Virus record (IMG/VR): IMGVR_UViG_3300037516_001127
Span: 33,544-97,543 of that record
Source of the DNA: a virus
DNA length: 64,000 nucleotides
Direction: 5' to 3' (one strand)
Shown: piece after piece, positions 10,401 through 19,837 of the stretch
How the letters are laid out: every line of letters begins with the position of its first letter
Numbering within the stretch: the first letter of the stretch is position 1
Position numbers and translations under genes: made by a program
Notes under the pieces: generated by a model
Seen by the model: the letters and a program-made list of their open reading frames with translations, nothing else
What the model was told of the DNA's origin: nothing
The model's database searches: none

Positions 10401-10667
10401 TCAGGTCTTAACGTAATTCGAAACAGCCTCAGACAAAGCGTCATGCGTTTCGCTGCTCGGATTATTCAAATACCGCACAGCTGCTTGTGCCGTATAATGC
10501 GATGCCACAGTATGCGGCAAACCCGCTATAAGTATCCCTAGCTGAGACCAAGCATTAGCAAGTTTTGGATCACGATTTTTTAAAGCCGTAAAACTTTCGC
10601 CAGCACAATAAACCGGATCAGGCAAATTGATTCCGTTTGAAGAATCTTCGCTTTCAAGATCAATCAT
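10401..10667 (-). CDS. Hypothetical protein
   Basis: ORF overlapping the upstream gene by 8 nt. Confidence 0.6.
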   Translation of the reverse strand: MIDLESEDSSNGINLPDPVYCAGESFTALKNRDPKLANAWSQLGILIAGLPHTVASHYTAQAAVRYLNNPSSETHDALSEAVSNYVKT

Positions 10668-10923
10668 TATCTACCCTTTTCATGTAGTCAATATAGGCCT
10701 CAATTGACGGCCAAACAGTTTCCAACACAACACGAACCGTGCAAGTCCCACAATGATAGATATCTTCATAGCGAGCGTCACGGTCATCAGACCAATCATC
10801 GTCATCAAAGTCCTGCAATTCGAGGATCTGACCTGCTTTAATAACTGATTCATCAATCAGCTTCAGATAATACAACTCATCAAATTCTTCTTCAACACGC
10901 TTCTTACGCTTAAATATGCTCAT
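10660..10923 (-). CDS. Hypothetical protein (HCGTC)
   Basis: GGAGG RBS, promoter just upstream. Confidence 0.7.
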   Translation of the reverse strand: MSIFKRKKRVEEEFDELYYLKLIDESVIKAGQILELQDFDDDDWSDDRDARYEDIYHCGTCTVRVVLETVWPSIEAYIDYMKRVDND

Positions 10924-10947
10924 TTGTCCTCCGTAGATAGTTGGCAG

Positions 10948-10976
10948 ACCATACCACCCCCTGATATACCTGTCAA
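10948..10976 (-). promoter_or_regulatory. Sigma-A-type promoter
   Basis: TTGACA-17-TATGGT. Confidence 0.6.
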
Positions 10977-11047
10977 CAATCTAAAATGCCAAAAGATTCA
11001 CATGATAGCGACACTGCCGCTTCGCCAATCACGACTATGGTCATAGC

Positions 11048-11353
11048 ATGTATTACTCAGCAGACAACGAACTTATGCTGGGAAACGTCCAAGTCGCCAG
11101 AGCGGATCGGCTACCATGTCCAATCTGCGGTCACCCAACAGGGGACTGCACAGGGACAGGTCATGCCCCCATTCACGTCCTGGGCCCAGACGCATACATA
11201 TCAATGGACTACGAAGAAACCTTTATAGTTAAAGAAGATGTCTACGAAAATCGTTGGATTTCCCCCTACACAGAATGTAGGGTAAAAGTAGCTGTAGCCG
11301 GAACAGCGATACCGCTTTCCAAAGCTAAAGCCCTCGGTCTTACTAGCATTTAA
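11048..11353 (+). CDS. Hypothetical Cys-containing protein
   Basis: CPICGHPTGDC. Confidence 0.7.
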   Translation: MYYSADNELMLGNVQVARADRLPCPICGHPTGDCTGTGHAPIHVLGPDAYISMDYEETFIVKEDVYENRWISPYTECRVKVAVAGTAIPLSKAKALGLTSI

Positions 11354-11387
11354 ATTCAACTATCCAACATCAATACAGGAGTTAACC

Positions 11388-13304
11388 ATGATTACACCCG
11401 AGTTCCTTGAATCTTACGACGCCCAAATCCCGCCCTGGGGTTTCGGTGGCATGGGCGAGGCAACAATGCTTAGAACATATTCACGTCCAATCGCAGGACT
11501 GGACCGGAACGAAACTTGGCTTGAAGTTTGCACCCGTGCAGTCAATGGGGCAATCGACATCGGAGCCGAACTCAGTACAGAAGACGCCGAAAAGCTTTTT
11601 GACCACATGTATAACCTTCGCGCATGCGTCTCAGGCAGAGCACTCTGGCAACTGGGCACACCACTAGTTGAAAGAATGGGCGGAGCAAGCCTCCAAAACT
11701 GCTACTTCAGCGACGTCGAAAAGATCGAAGATTTCGAATTCATTTTTGACATGCTAATGGTCGGAGGCGGAGTCGGATTTTCTGTAGAACGATCAAAGAT
11801 CCACGAACTACCAAAAGTAAAAAATGGTGTATCCATCACACATGAGCGCAGCAACGATGCCGATCTTATCGTCCCAGATAAACGAGAAGGTTGGAGCCGC
11901 CTCCTGCACGCAGTACTCAAATCATACTTTTACACAGGAAAGTCTTTTAGCTACTCAACAATCCTAATCCGAGAATACGGTGCGGCCCTCAACTCTTTCG
12001 GCGGAACAGCTTCAGGGCCAGGAGCGCTAATCGAAGGCATCGAAAAGATTTGCAAAATCATGGATAACCGGATTAGCAAAAAGCTTCGATCCATTGACGT
12101 CCTTGACATCGTCAACATCATTGGCGAAATGGTCGTCGCAGGCTCATCCCGACGTTCAGCCCAGATTGCTATTGGCGACCCAGATGACATCCTTTTCCTC
12201 CGAGCTAAGAACTGGGAATCAGGGACCATCCCAGGATGGCGTGGAAACTCAAATAACTCCATCTTTGCTGACGGTTGGGAAGAAATCCCGACCGAGCTTT
12301 GGAAGGGATATCAAGGTACTGGCGAACCTTATGGGCTTATTAACCGCAAGCTGGCTAGGAAAGTTGGTCGCCTTGGTGAGGTTATGCCAGATCCGAGTGT
12401 TGATGGTTTCAATCCGTGTGCCGAAATTGCGTTGGCTTCAGGAGAATCTTGCAACCTTGCAACGCTTTTCCTGCCTAACATTCGTTCGTTTGAAGAGTTC
12501 TGTGAGATTAGCCGACTCCTATATTTGGTTCAGAAGTCGACAACAGAACTTTCGTACCCTTACGAAAAGACAACTAAAATTGTTCGTAAGAACCGGCGTC
12601 TAGGACAGTCAATCACTGGCGTTTTGCAGTGTAGCGAAGAGCAGCTTTCTTGGCTTGACCCAGGGTACAAGGCTCTCCGTAAGCTTGACGCAGAGTACTC
12701 TGCTGAGCATGGTATCCCCGAGTCGATCAGACTGACAACTGTTCAGCCGTCTGGGACGCTCTCAATCCTTCCCGGTGTCCTCCCAGGGGCGCATCCAGGG
12801 TTTGCCCGCCACTATGTGCGGCGTGTCCGGTTCGGGTCCAACGATCCGCTTGTGAAAGCTTTGCGTGAACGAGGCCATGATATCGAATATGACATGAACC
12901 TTGATGGGACAAGAAACCATACCCGCCAAGTAGTTTCATTCCCTTGCATGTCCCCAGAAGGATCAATACTCGCAGAGGAACTTTCCGCTATCGACCAGAT
13001 GGAATGGGTGAAACGCCTTCAAACCGAATGGGCTGACAACGCTGTGTCGGTAACAATCTATTACCGCAAGCAAGAACTCCCAGAAATCCAGGAATGGCTT
13101 TCAAACAATTACAACAACTCAGTCAAATCCATGTCTTTCCTACTTCATCAGGACCACGGTTTCGCATTGCCTCCTTATGAAGAAATCGACGAAGAAGGCT
13201 ACAACAAGATGCTCGCAAAGATCGACCCGACCGTTCCCCTTGTCAAAACCGAAGGCGAACTGATCGACGACAACTGCGACACAGGCCACTGCCCGGTCCG
13301 GTAA
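11388..13304 (+). CDS. nrdJ: Class II (B12-dependent, monomeric RTPR-type) ribonucleotide reductase
   Basis: RTYSR, LQNCY, LMVGGGVG, RRSAQI, NPCAEI, TVQPSGTLS, C-terminal CDTGHCPVR. Confidence 0.95.
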   Translation: MITPEFLESYDAQIPPWGFGGMGEATMLRTYSRPIAGLDRNETWLEVCTRAVNGAIDIGAELSTEDAEKLFDHMYNLRACVSGRALWQLGTPLVERMGGASLQNCYFSDVEKIEDFEFIFDMLMVGGGVGFSVERSKIHELPKVKNGVSITHERSNDADLIVPDKREGWSRLLHAVLKSYFYTGKSFSYSTILIREYGAALNSFGGTASGPGALIEGIEKICKIMDNRISKKLRSIDVLDIVNIIGEMVVAGSSRRSAQIAIGDPDDILFLRAKNWESGTIPGWRGNSNNSIFADGWEEIPTELWKGYQGTGEPYGLINRKLARKVGRLGEVMPDPSVDGFNPCAEIALASGESCNLATLFLPNIRSFEEFCEISRLLYLVQKSTTELSYPYEKTTKIVRKNRRLGQSITGVLQCSEEQLSWLDPGYKALRKLDAEYSAEHGIPESIRLTTVQPSGTLSILPGVLPGAHPGFARHYVRRVRFGSNDPLVKALRERGHDIEYDMNLDGTRNHTRQVVSFPCMSPEGSILAEELSAIDQMEWVKRLQTEWADNAVSVTIYYRKQELPEIQEWLSNNYNNSVKSMSFLLHQDHGFALPPYEEIDEEGYNKMLAKIDPTVPLVKTEGELIDDNCDTGHCPVR

Positions 13305-13655
13305 ATGGGCTTACAAGCATTAGCTCTAGCAGGTGCCCCAGCCCTGCTAGAGCAAGCTTCACAACTAGTAACTAAAAGAGGCCTAGCTAAAGGCATCACA
13401 TACGACAACGGCTCAATAGACGCCACTGGGGCACTATGCCTAGCAGGCGGAGCTAAAATAAAAACACTAAACGAAGACCCCATAGCAGAACTATCCACAA
13501 TCAAAAGACCACTAGTACTAGTAATAGTAGAAGCGTTAGAAGCAGAACTAGACTCCGACCTTCACACCTGGAACGACCTACCTACCACCACCACAAACAT
13601 GGTAGCCGCCACGTTCAAATCTTTAGCAGACAAAATATCCATAGCCACAACATAA
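13305..13655 (+). CDS. Hypothetical protein (DUF6197-like)
   Basis: RGLAKG...DATGAL...TWNDLPTTT pattern. Confidence 0.55.
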   Translation: MGLQALALAGAPALLEQASQLVTKRGLAKGITYDNGSIDATGALCLAGGAKIKTLNEDPIAELSTIKRPLVLVIVEALEAELDSDLHTWNDLPTTTTNMVAATFKSLADKISIATT

Positions 13656-13666
13656 CGGCACACGCG

Positions 13667-13691
13667 AAAGAGCCCCCTCCGAAGAAGGGGC
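13667..13691 (-). terminator. Intrinsic terminator after the major capsid gene
   Basis: Minus strand GCCCCTTC-TTCG-GAGGGGGC-TCTTT (UUCG tetraloop). Confidence 0.75.
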
Positions 13692-13714
13692 CCGATCAAC
13701 TGCTTCAGACTAGA

Positions 13715-15043
13715 TCAGTCAGGAGCGCCATCGAAGTCAACCTTAACGAATGACTCAGGACGCTTCGTCGCAAGTGCCAAACGCTGCTCCGCAAGGATCA
13801 CGATAGCGTTACGAACGAAGAAGTCTGCATGCTGCTCCGAAATACGGATGCTTGCCTGCTCCCGATCGTAAATCTGTGCTCCAGTACCGAACGCACCCAC
13901 AAGAGCAGTGCCCTCAGGGATAGCAGGAGTGTCAACGATTGGCATACGCCAGATACGGGCCTCAGCACCAACCTGCATGGACATCGCCATGAGGTAAGTA
14001 CCCTGCTCGTTCTTCGTAAGCTCAATGTCTTCCCAATCGTTCGGGTGGAGAACCACACCGGACGGCTCGTAGTAAGCAAGGAAAGCAAGAGTAGCCGAGC
14101 GGCGCAGAGCGTCACCCTTCGAGTCAGGAACTGGCAGGGTCGCACCTTCGGACCATGCATACTCCTGAACACCAGCGTTCAAGATACCGAGAAGGTTCTC
14201 GCCGGTTCCATCACCCGAAAGGATTTGGTAATCCTCCTGGAGACGAAGACCATAAAGAAGCTCGTTATCAATGATTGAACGAAGCTGAGGCTCATCAGCC
14301 AGAACGTTACGGTGAGCAGCTTCCCAGTGCGCAAGAGTGCGAACCGGAGCCTGCTGACCAACGAACTGGAAGCTCGACTGAGGCTTAAGACCAAAGTCGC
14401 CGCCATTACGCTCAGCAACAGTAGAAGCCGCATTCACAGCAGTCGTCTCAGGAGTCGTGAATCCACGCATCTGGAAATATTCAATCACTGCAGCAGTGGT
14501 TGTGCGTGAAGGGAAAAGATCCCGAACACGACGAGTACGCATCGGCGGAATGACCATGTCGTCACGCTGAATCGTGCCGAACGCACCAGGAGTTCCAGTG
14601 GGAAGACCCGAGTAAACGTCCTTCTGTCCCCACATCGCACCAACATCGGAACGCTCAAGGACGAACGGCGCTGGCATGTTTGCCCCACCACGACCCGAAT
14701 CAAGAGACTTGAATTCTGGTGAATCCAAGAACAACTGACCGAGCGACTTGCCCTGAGGAGCCCAAAGACCAGAAGCGGAATCTGCGGCAACGCTAGCTGC
14801 GACAGACTCAGACTGTGCTTCAGAACCCCAAGCGTCTAGCGTCTTCAAAGATTCCATGCCCTCAATGAGAGACTTGATTTCCTTGATGTCAACCATGTTC
14901 TTATCAAAAGCTGACTTCTGCTCAGTTGTGACGATGACAGTTCCATCTTCGATGCGGAAATCATCAGCAATCTGACGATTCTCAGCAGTCTTGGATCGAA
15001 GTGCACCCTGTAGTTCCCGCAAGCGGCTTTCATCAAATGACAT
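13715..15043 (-). CDS. Major capsid protein (HK97 fold)
   Basis: Coiled N-terminus; APVRTLAHW, VLADEPQLRSIIDNEL, GDGTGENLLGIL, FVRNAIVILAEQR, RPESFVK. Confidence 0.95.
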   Translation of the reverse strand: MSFDESRLRELQGALRSKTAENRQIADDFRIEDGTVIVTTEQKSAFDKNMVDIKEIKSLIEGMESLKTLDAWGSEAQSESVAASVAADSASGLWAPQGKSLGQLFLDSPEFKSLDSGRGGANMPAPFVLERSDVGAMWGQKDVYSGLPTGTPGAFGTIQRDDMVIPPMRTRRVRDLFPSRTTTAAVIEYFQMRGFTTPETTAVNAASTVAERNGGDFGLKPQSSFQFVGQQAPVRTLAHWEAAHRNVLADEPQLRSIIDNELLYGLRLQEDYQILSGDGTGENLLGILNAGVQEYAWSEGATLPVPDSKGDALRRSATLAFLAYYEPSGVVLHPNDWEDIELTKNEQGTYLMAMSMQVGAEARIWRMPIVDTPAIPEGTALVGAFGTGAQIYDREQASIRISEQHADFFVRNAIVILAEQRLALATKRPESFVKVDFDGAPD

Positions 15044-15134
15044 TAGATTTTCTACTCCTCTATTGAGCGGTTAATTGGATTGACCCTCAGCGTAGGTTAG
15101 CACCTAGCTTTATACAGCCGATGGTAGACAACTA

Positions 15135-15163
15135 AGTATACGATGTAGTGCAGGTTTTGTAAA
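15135..15163 (-). promoter_or_regulatory. Putative promoter of the capsid gene
   Basis: TTTACA-17-TATACT. Confidence 0.55.
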
Positions 15164-15186
15164 CTTTTTGATAAAACTCTTATAAA

Positions 15187-15549
15187 TTATCTTCTGGTAC
15201 CTTTAGAACGACGAGTAGCCATTTCATCAGATGGCACCCGCTTAGAGATACGATCACCTACAGAATCAGAAACCTCCGGCCCGCCAGGACCCTCAGCCAT
15301 ATACTCCCCAGGAGACCCAGATACATACTTCTGATAATCCCTAAAAAGCTCCTTAGACTTATCACTCCTACTGTAATAATTTAAAGCCGCCAAATATATG
15401 TCCCTCTTCTCCTCAAAATTTTCAGAATCAGAAGAAAAAACCTCAGCCAAACCCAAAATATGAGAACGCTTAAAAGCAGAACCAATGTTAATAAACTTAA
15501 CCAGGATGCTCATCTTTTCTACGTCTGTAAATTCGCTCATGCTTCCCAC
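15187..15549 (-). CDS. Small hypothetical protein coupled to the 1332-aa gene
   Basis: Overlaps the stop of 15537..19535. Confidence 0.7.
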   Translation of the reverse strand: MGSMSEFTDVEKMSILVKFINIGSAFKRSHILGLAEVFSSDSENFEEKRDIYLAALNYYSRSDKSKELFRDYQKYVSGSPGEYMAEGPGGPEVSDSVGDRISKRVPSDEMATRRSKGTRR

Positions 15550-18500
15550 CTAGCCCGAGTAGTCAAATCTCTTGGGTCTCTAGCAACATTTCCTTCATAC
15601 TTAAAAGTTCCTCCAGCGTAACCACCAAAATTTTCATTCCTCATTTGCTGGCTTCGCTCACCAGCCGTCATCGTAGAATTAATCTCAGAAAATTCAAGAA
15701 CAGCTAGATACTCACCTAACCCAGGCGCAGAAAGATGAGAATGCCGTAAACTTTCACTCTTATTGATAAGGAACTCGACAAGAGCAGCCTGAGCGTCATT
15801 CAAAATAATCGAGTCAATACCAGCCCTATAATCTTGCAGCTTATCCGTCATGGCCGTCGCTAAATTCCGATAATAGTCATCATTTTGTGGCCGGAACCCG
15901 ACGCGAGCCCACACATAAGTACCATCGGAGATAGGTGTCACATTAGTGCCTACAAAACCTGCAGCGTTAGCCCACATAAATGTGTGAGGATTAAAAACTG
16001 TTTGAAATCCAGAATTTCTGGCTTCACTAGCAAATACGGTATGGATGCCAGCATCAGCCCCCATATACATATATGAGTTGTTTGTTGTAGCGCCCCCGAT
16101 GCTAGGACGGCTATAAATACTTCTGGAGAAGTGTCCAACCTTTTCCCAGTCTTGTGTATCTTCATTGAATTTAAAAATATTTCCATAAAAATTGAGTGGG
16201 ACACTACTCTCACTTCGATCTAAAACGGTTTTAAATAATGACCCATCTCTAGTCCTAATAGGAATACTTCCGTCTTCGACGCTATGCCCCCAAACGCTTT
16301 GCGCCCATCTCCACATAGCGTCTTCAGCAGCCCGATCGCCAGTACCCCTTGCCGCATCATACATCTGATAAAAATCGTCAATATTTTGAGGATTATGATC
16401 GGCATCCAACCAGGGTGCATCAGTCTGACCATAACGCTCGACAACATGATTAGCTAAAACATTTATACGGGCGTCGCGAACCCTGTTAATTATAAACTCT
16501 GCTTTTTCTTCAATAGTAACCAATTGTTCATAAGCGTTATGGACATCAAGATGTGTTGATATGGCCGCATCAATTTGTCTTGTTCGCTCAATGACATCAA
16601 ATCCTTCAAGATCTTGCTCATTCAAATATTCGACTCTGGCAATACCAAGTTCAGAAAGATAAGATTCTGATTCTTTGATTAGGTTTGTTGCTTTTTGAAA
16701 AGATTCAAAATCTCCACCATCGTACCGTTCTTCTGCAAACTTATTAAGTTTTTGGATATTTGCAAGTAAGTCTTTTTGGGTTCTATTAAATTCTGTTTCG
16801 TCTTGAATGATCGTGTCTAGACTAGATAGTGAATCTAAAGTTTCAATCAGCTCACCTGGCTTGTCAATAAATTCTTCCCTCCGGTCATCAGATAACTTTT
16901 TGATTTGAACAACCGGGCGCATTAAAAGTGGAGGCGCATCTGGGCGACTCGAAGGCACCTTGTAACTTTCAATATCACGAATAGATTGCCAATTCAGACT
17001 ACGCCAATCACGATGATCGTTTGCTTCATCCATATCCTCACCGCCTATTTCATCAGGAAGAAAAAGGAACTCTAACTGACCTGGCAAGTTATCAACACGA
17101 GCTTTTAATAGATCAAATTCCTCTCGCGAAATATAAGAATCAGGAGCACGACCAAACCTTATATCGTTAAACTTATCTAACATATTTGATCTATCACGAA
17201 AAATAGAATCTCTATCTTTTTTCAAATATCTAAAATAGTAATTCCTGTATTGAGAAATTACGTCATTGTAAAATTCGGTATCATCATCATTTTTTCTTTG
17301 CCTTACTAAACCACTTATGAAGGAACGTAACTCTTTTTCTCTATTACGAAACTCGGCCACCGCCTCTTCGGTAGCATCATCAGCAACTTGTTGCTGAGCA
17401 AGATCCATGTAAATTGTCAAAGCGCTGCCGTCGGCATTAATCTGTGCTTTTGCGTTTTCTGTAAGCGGATCTGGTGGAGCTATAGCCTTTTCCCAAAGTT
17501 CAACTATTCCATCAAACACCTCTCGGGCACGTTGTTCTCCCGCCAAACTTACACCGTTCTGAGGATCATCACTATTAGTCGCTGTAACCCAGTATTGTAA
17601 AAGGTCATCTAAATTATCGTTTGCAGCTAGAATCCGATCATCGGATAATTCACCTGCTAGTTGCCATGCATCAGTTACCCGGTCGGCTTCATCTAATTTT
17701 TGAGTTAAATCATTTAATAAAATTTCATCGTTAGCATCAAGAAGTAGTCGCTCATCGGATGAAATGTCAGATGAGCGTTGCCTTTCAAATGAAGGTGCTG
17801 TTACCCCATTTTCGGTAAGCACACGATTCCTGCTAAACGCATCCAGAGGCGAGGTTCCATTCCTTATTTGCTCCAGCTCTTGCTGCTGGAGACGGTCAAA
17901 GATGCCCGTAGGTGTAGCATTCTGGGCCATAGCATTTGTCCAAAGTCCAACTATCCGATCATGAATCGCTCTGGCATCTAATTCTCCCGCCAAACTCATA
18001 CCATTAACAGAATCATAACTGTTACTCATTCGAACCCAAGCTTCTAAAAGCTCATCCAAATTAGTCTGTGCAAGTTGAACCTGATCGTCATCCAATGGAT
18101 AACCTGCATCGAACCGCATTTGCCATCTATCAGTTACCCGGATGGCCTCATTTAACCTCGCATTTAAATCATCGCTTGCAATTTCATCATTAATATTAAG
18201 AAGCGCTTGCTCAGGATATGAAGGTTCAATTGTGCGTTGCCTATTAAATGAAGGTGCCGTTACACCATTCCTGATAAGCAAATCTCTCCTAGATTCTTGA
18301 TCCAGTCCTGACGTACCGGCTATTACTTGGCGTAGGTCTTCCGCTTCTTGATCTGTGATTGCCTGAGCGTTCCTATCAGCCCGGTCTATCCAACCGGCTT
18401 CCGCTGCCGCCCTTGCCTGCTCGTTCGCATCCAACTGCTGCTGCCGCAACTCAGCGCCTTGCTGAAGCCGCTCAGCCACTTCCCAGCCACGCCTTACGTC

Positions 18501-19535
18501 ATCCTTAACCAGGTCAAAAGCCATAGCATTCGAATCGTATCGCTCATTCAAATCATCATAAATATCGTTATAAGAATTACTTAAAGTTTCAAGTTCTTCA
18601 TCAGAAAGTGAATCAAAATCAAACTCCTTAAACATGTCATTAAGGTCAGCTGATAACTTTTCCATTTCATCTAAACGGTCCTGAAAGCCTCTTGTGTTAA
18701 CATCCCAAAAGGTTTCAAAATCGACGACTGGTCTGATAACCGTATTCCTAGATACTGCCAGGACAGCAGCCCTTGCCAAATCATCCGCATTCAAAGATTG
18801 CCTTCGATCAGAAAGCAACCTTTGAGCCCTATCAGAAACAGCAGACAGCTCCTCCTGAGCATCAACAAACGCCTCACTCGGAGAATCCTCCACCACAGGC
18901 TTATTAGCCACAGATAACTCATCCCGAACAGTCGCCTCACGCACCCGAGAAGGAGTCCTCGGAGTTTTCTGACGCGCAACATCAACCGAAACAGCACGCT
19001 CATCCGCCCGAGAAGGAAGCTCATCCTCACCCGAATCACCCTCAACAACATCACCTAAACGTTCCAAACCCCTAGCCACAGCATCACGGGCACGCCCAAC
19101 AATACCAGGAGTAGCAGGCCGCTCCTGATTCGTCCCCTCCTGAACAAGATTATCGGCATCAGCATCAACAGCGTTCGGATCATACGCAGCCACCCGAGCA
19201 TTCCGAGTTCGCCCTATAGCCCCCACAGGATTGTCAGGCTTACTACGCCTACGGCTACGACCAATACGCTCACCAGTACCACGATTAAAACGCCTACCCA
19301 AAATCTTAGTATCATCAACATCAAACTCAGCGACAAGACGACGCGTAACAGCAGAACCATACTCCCGACCAAAATCATTCGTCAACTGCCCGCCACCACT
19401 CCCAGGAGGGCACCGAAACCCTTCTAAACTTGAATCCCAAACAGCATCAAAAGACTTCGCCGCAAAAGCATAAGACGCCAAACGTTGATCATAAACAAAC
19501 GCACCAACACGGGCATCTACGACTGCTCTTTTCAC
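15537..19535 (-). CDS. Large putative virion-packaged protein: shared motif, internal repeat, C-terminal GNAT-like domain
   Basis: YDPNAVDADADNLVQEGTNQERP; RCPPGSGGGQLT; EARNSGF...DGTYVWARVGF. Confidence 0.7.
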   Translation of the reverse strand: MKRAVVDARVGAFVYDQRLASYAFAAKSFDAVWDSSLEGFRCPPGSGGGQLTNDFGREYGSAVTRRLVAEFDVDDTKILGRRFNRGTGERIGRSRRRSKPDNPVGAIGRTRNARVAAYDPNAVDADADNLVQEGTNQERPATPGIVGRARDAVARGLERLGDVVEGDSGEDELPSRADERAVSVDVARQKTPRTPSRVREATVRDELSVANKPVVEDSPSEAFVDAQEELSAVSDRAQRLLSDRRQSLNADDLARAAVLAVSRNTVIRPVVDFETFWDVNTRGFQDRLDEMEKLSADLNDMFKEFDFDSLSDEELETLSNSYNDIYDDLNERYDSNAMAFDLVKDDVRRGWEVAERLQQGAELRQQQLDANEQARAAAEAGWIDRADRNAQAITDQEAEDLRQVIAGTSGLDQESRRDLLIRNGVTAPSFNRQRTIEPSYPEQALLNINDEIASDDLNARLNEAIRVTDRWQMRFDAGYPLDDDQVQLAQTNLDELLEAWVRMSNSYDSVNGMSLAGELDARAIHDRIVGLWTNAMAQNATPTGIFDRLQQQELEQIRNGTSPLDAFSRNRVLTENGVTAPSFERQRSSDISSDERLLLDANDEILLNDLTQKLDEADRVTDAWQLAGELSDDRILAANDNLDDLLQYWVTATNSDDPQNGVSLAGEQRAREVFDGIVELWEKAIAPPDPLTENAKAQINADGSALTIYMDLAQQQVADDATEEAVAEFRNREKELRSFISGLVRQRKNDDDTEFYNDVISQYRNYYFRYLKKDRDSIFRDRSNMLDKFNDIRFGRAPDSYISREEFDLLKARVDNLPGQLEFLFLPDEIGGEDMDEANDHRDWRSLNWQSIRDIESYKVPSSRPDAPPLLMRPVVQIKKLSDDRREEFIDKPGELIETLDSLSSLDTIIQDETEFNRTQKDLLANIQKLNKFAEERYDGGDFESFQKATNLIKESESYLSELGIARVEYLNEQDLEGFDVIERTRQIDAAISTHLDVHNAYEQLVTIEEKAEFIINRVRDARINVLANHVVERYGQTDAPWLDADHNPQNIDDFYQMYDAARGTGDRAAEDAMWRWAQSVWGHSVEDGSIPIRTRDGSLFKTVLDRSESSVPLNFYGNIFKFNEDTQDWEKVGHFSRSIYSRPSIGGATTNNSYMYMGADAGIHTVFASEARNSGFQTVFNPHTFMWANAAGFVGTNVTPISDGTYVWARVGFRPQNDDYYRNLATAMTDKLQDYRAGIDSIILNDAQAALVEFLINKSESLRHSHLSAPGLGEYLAVLEFSEINSTMTAGERSQQMRNENFGGYAGGTFKYEGNVARDPRDLTTRARWEA

Positions 19536-19798
19536 GGTTCAAAAATCCCAACTTTGATTAAGCCTTTAACTTCGTCAGCTACTTCGTCCTCAAAGATTTC
19601 GTAAAGCTCTTTATTTGAGTAACCCCAGCCGGAACCGATGAGCGGCTCAAGTTTCTTAATATTTTTGATGTAAATACGTTTCGCCCATTCGGTTGCTTCT
19701 TGTTCATAAGCTGGATCGCAGTAAACTTCGACGCCTTTGTCATTTTCGACAAATGCGTACATGAGTGTCTTGTTGTAAATAATTTTTCCAATTCTCAT
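19532..19798 (-). CDS. Small hypothetical protein
   Basis: AGGAG RBS, GTGA overlap with the next gene. Confidence 0.75.
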   Translation of the reverse strand: MRIGKIIYNKTLMYAFVENDKGVEVYCDPAYEQEATEWAKRIYIKNIKKLEPLIGSGWGYSNKELYEIFEDEVADEVKGLIKVGIFEP

Positions 19799-19837
19799 CT
19801 TTTTCTCCTATTTAAAATATTTGTGAAACCTAAAAAA

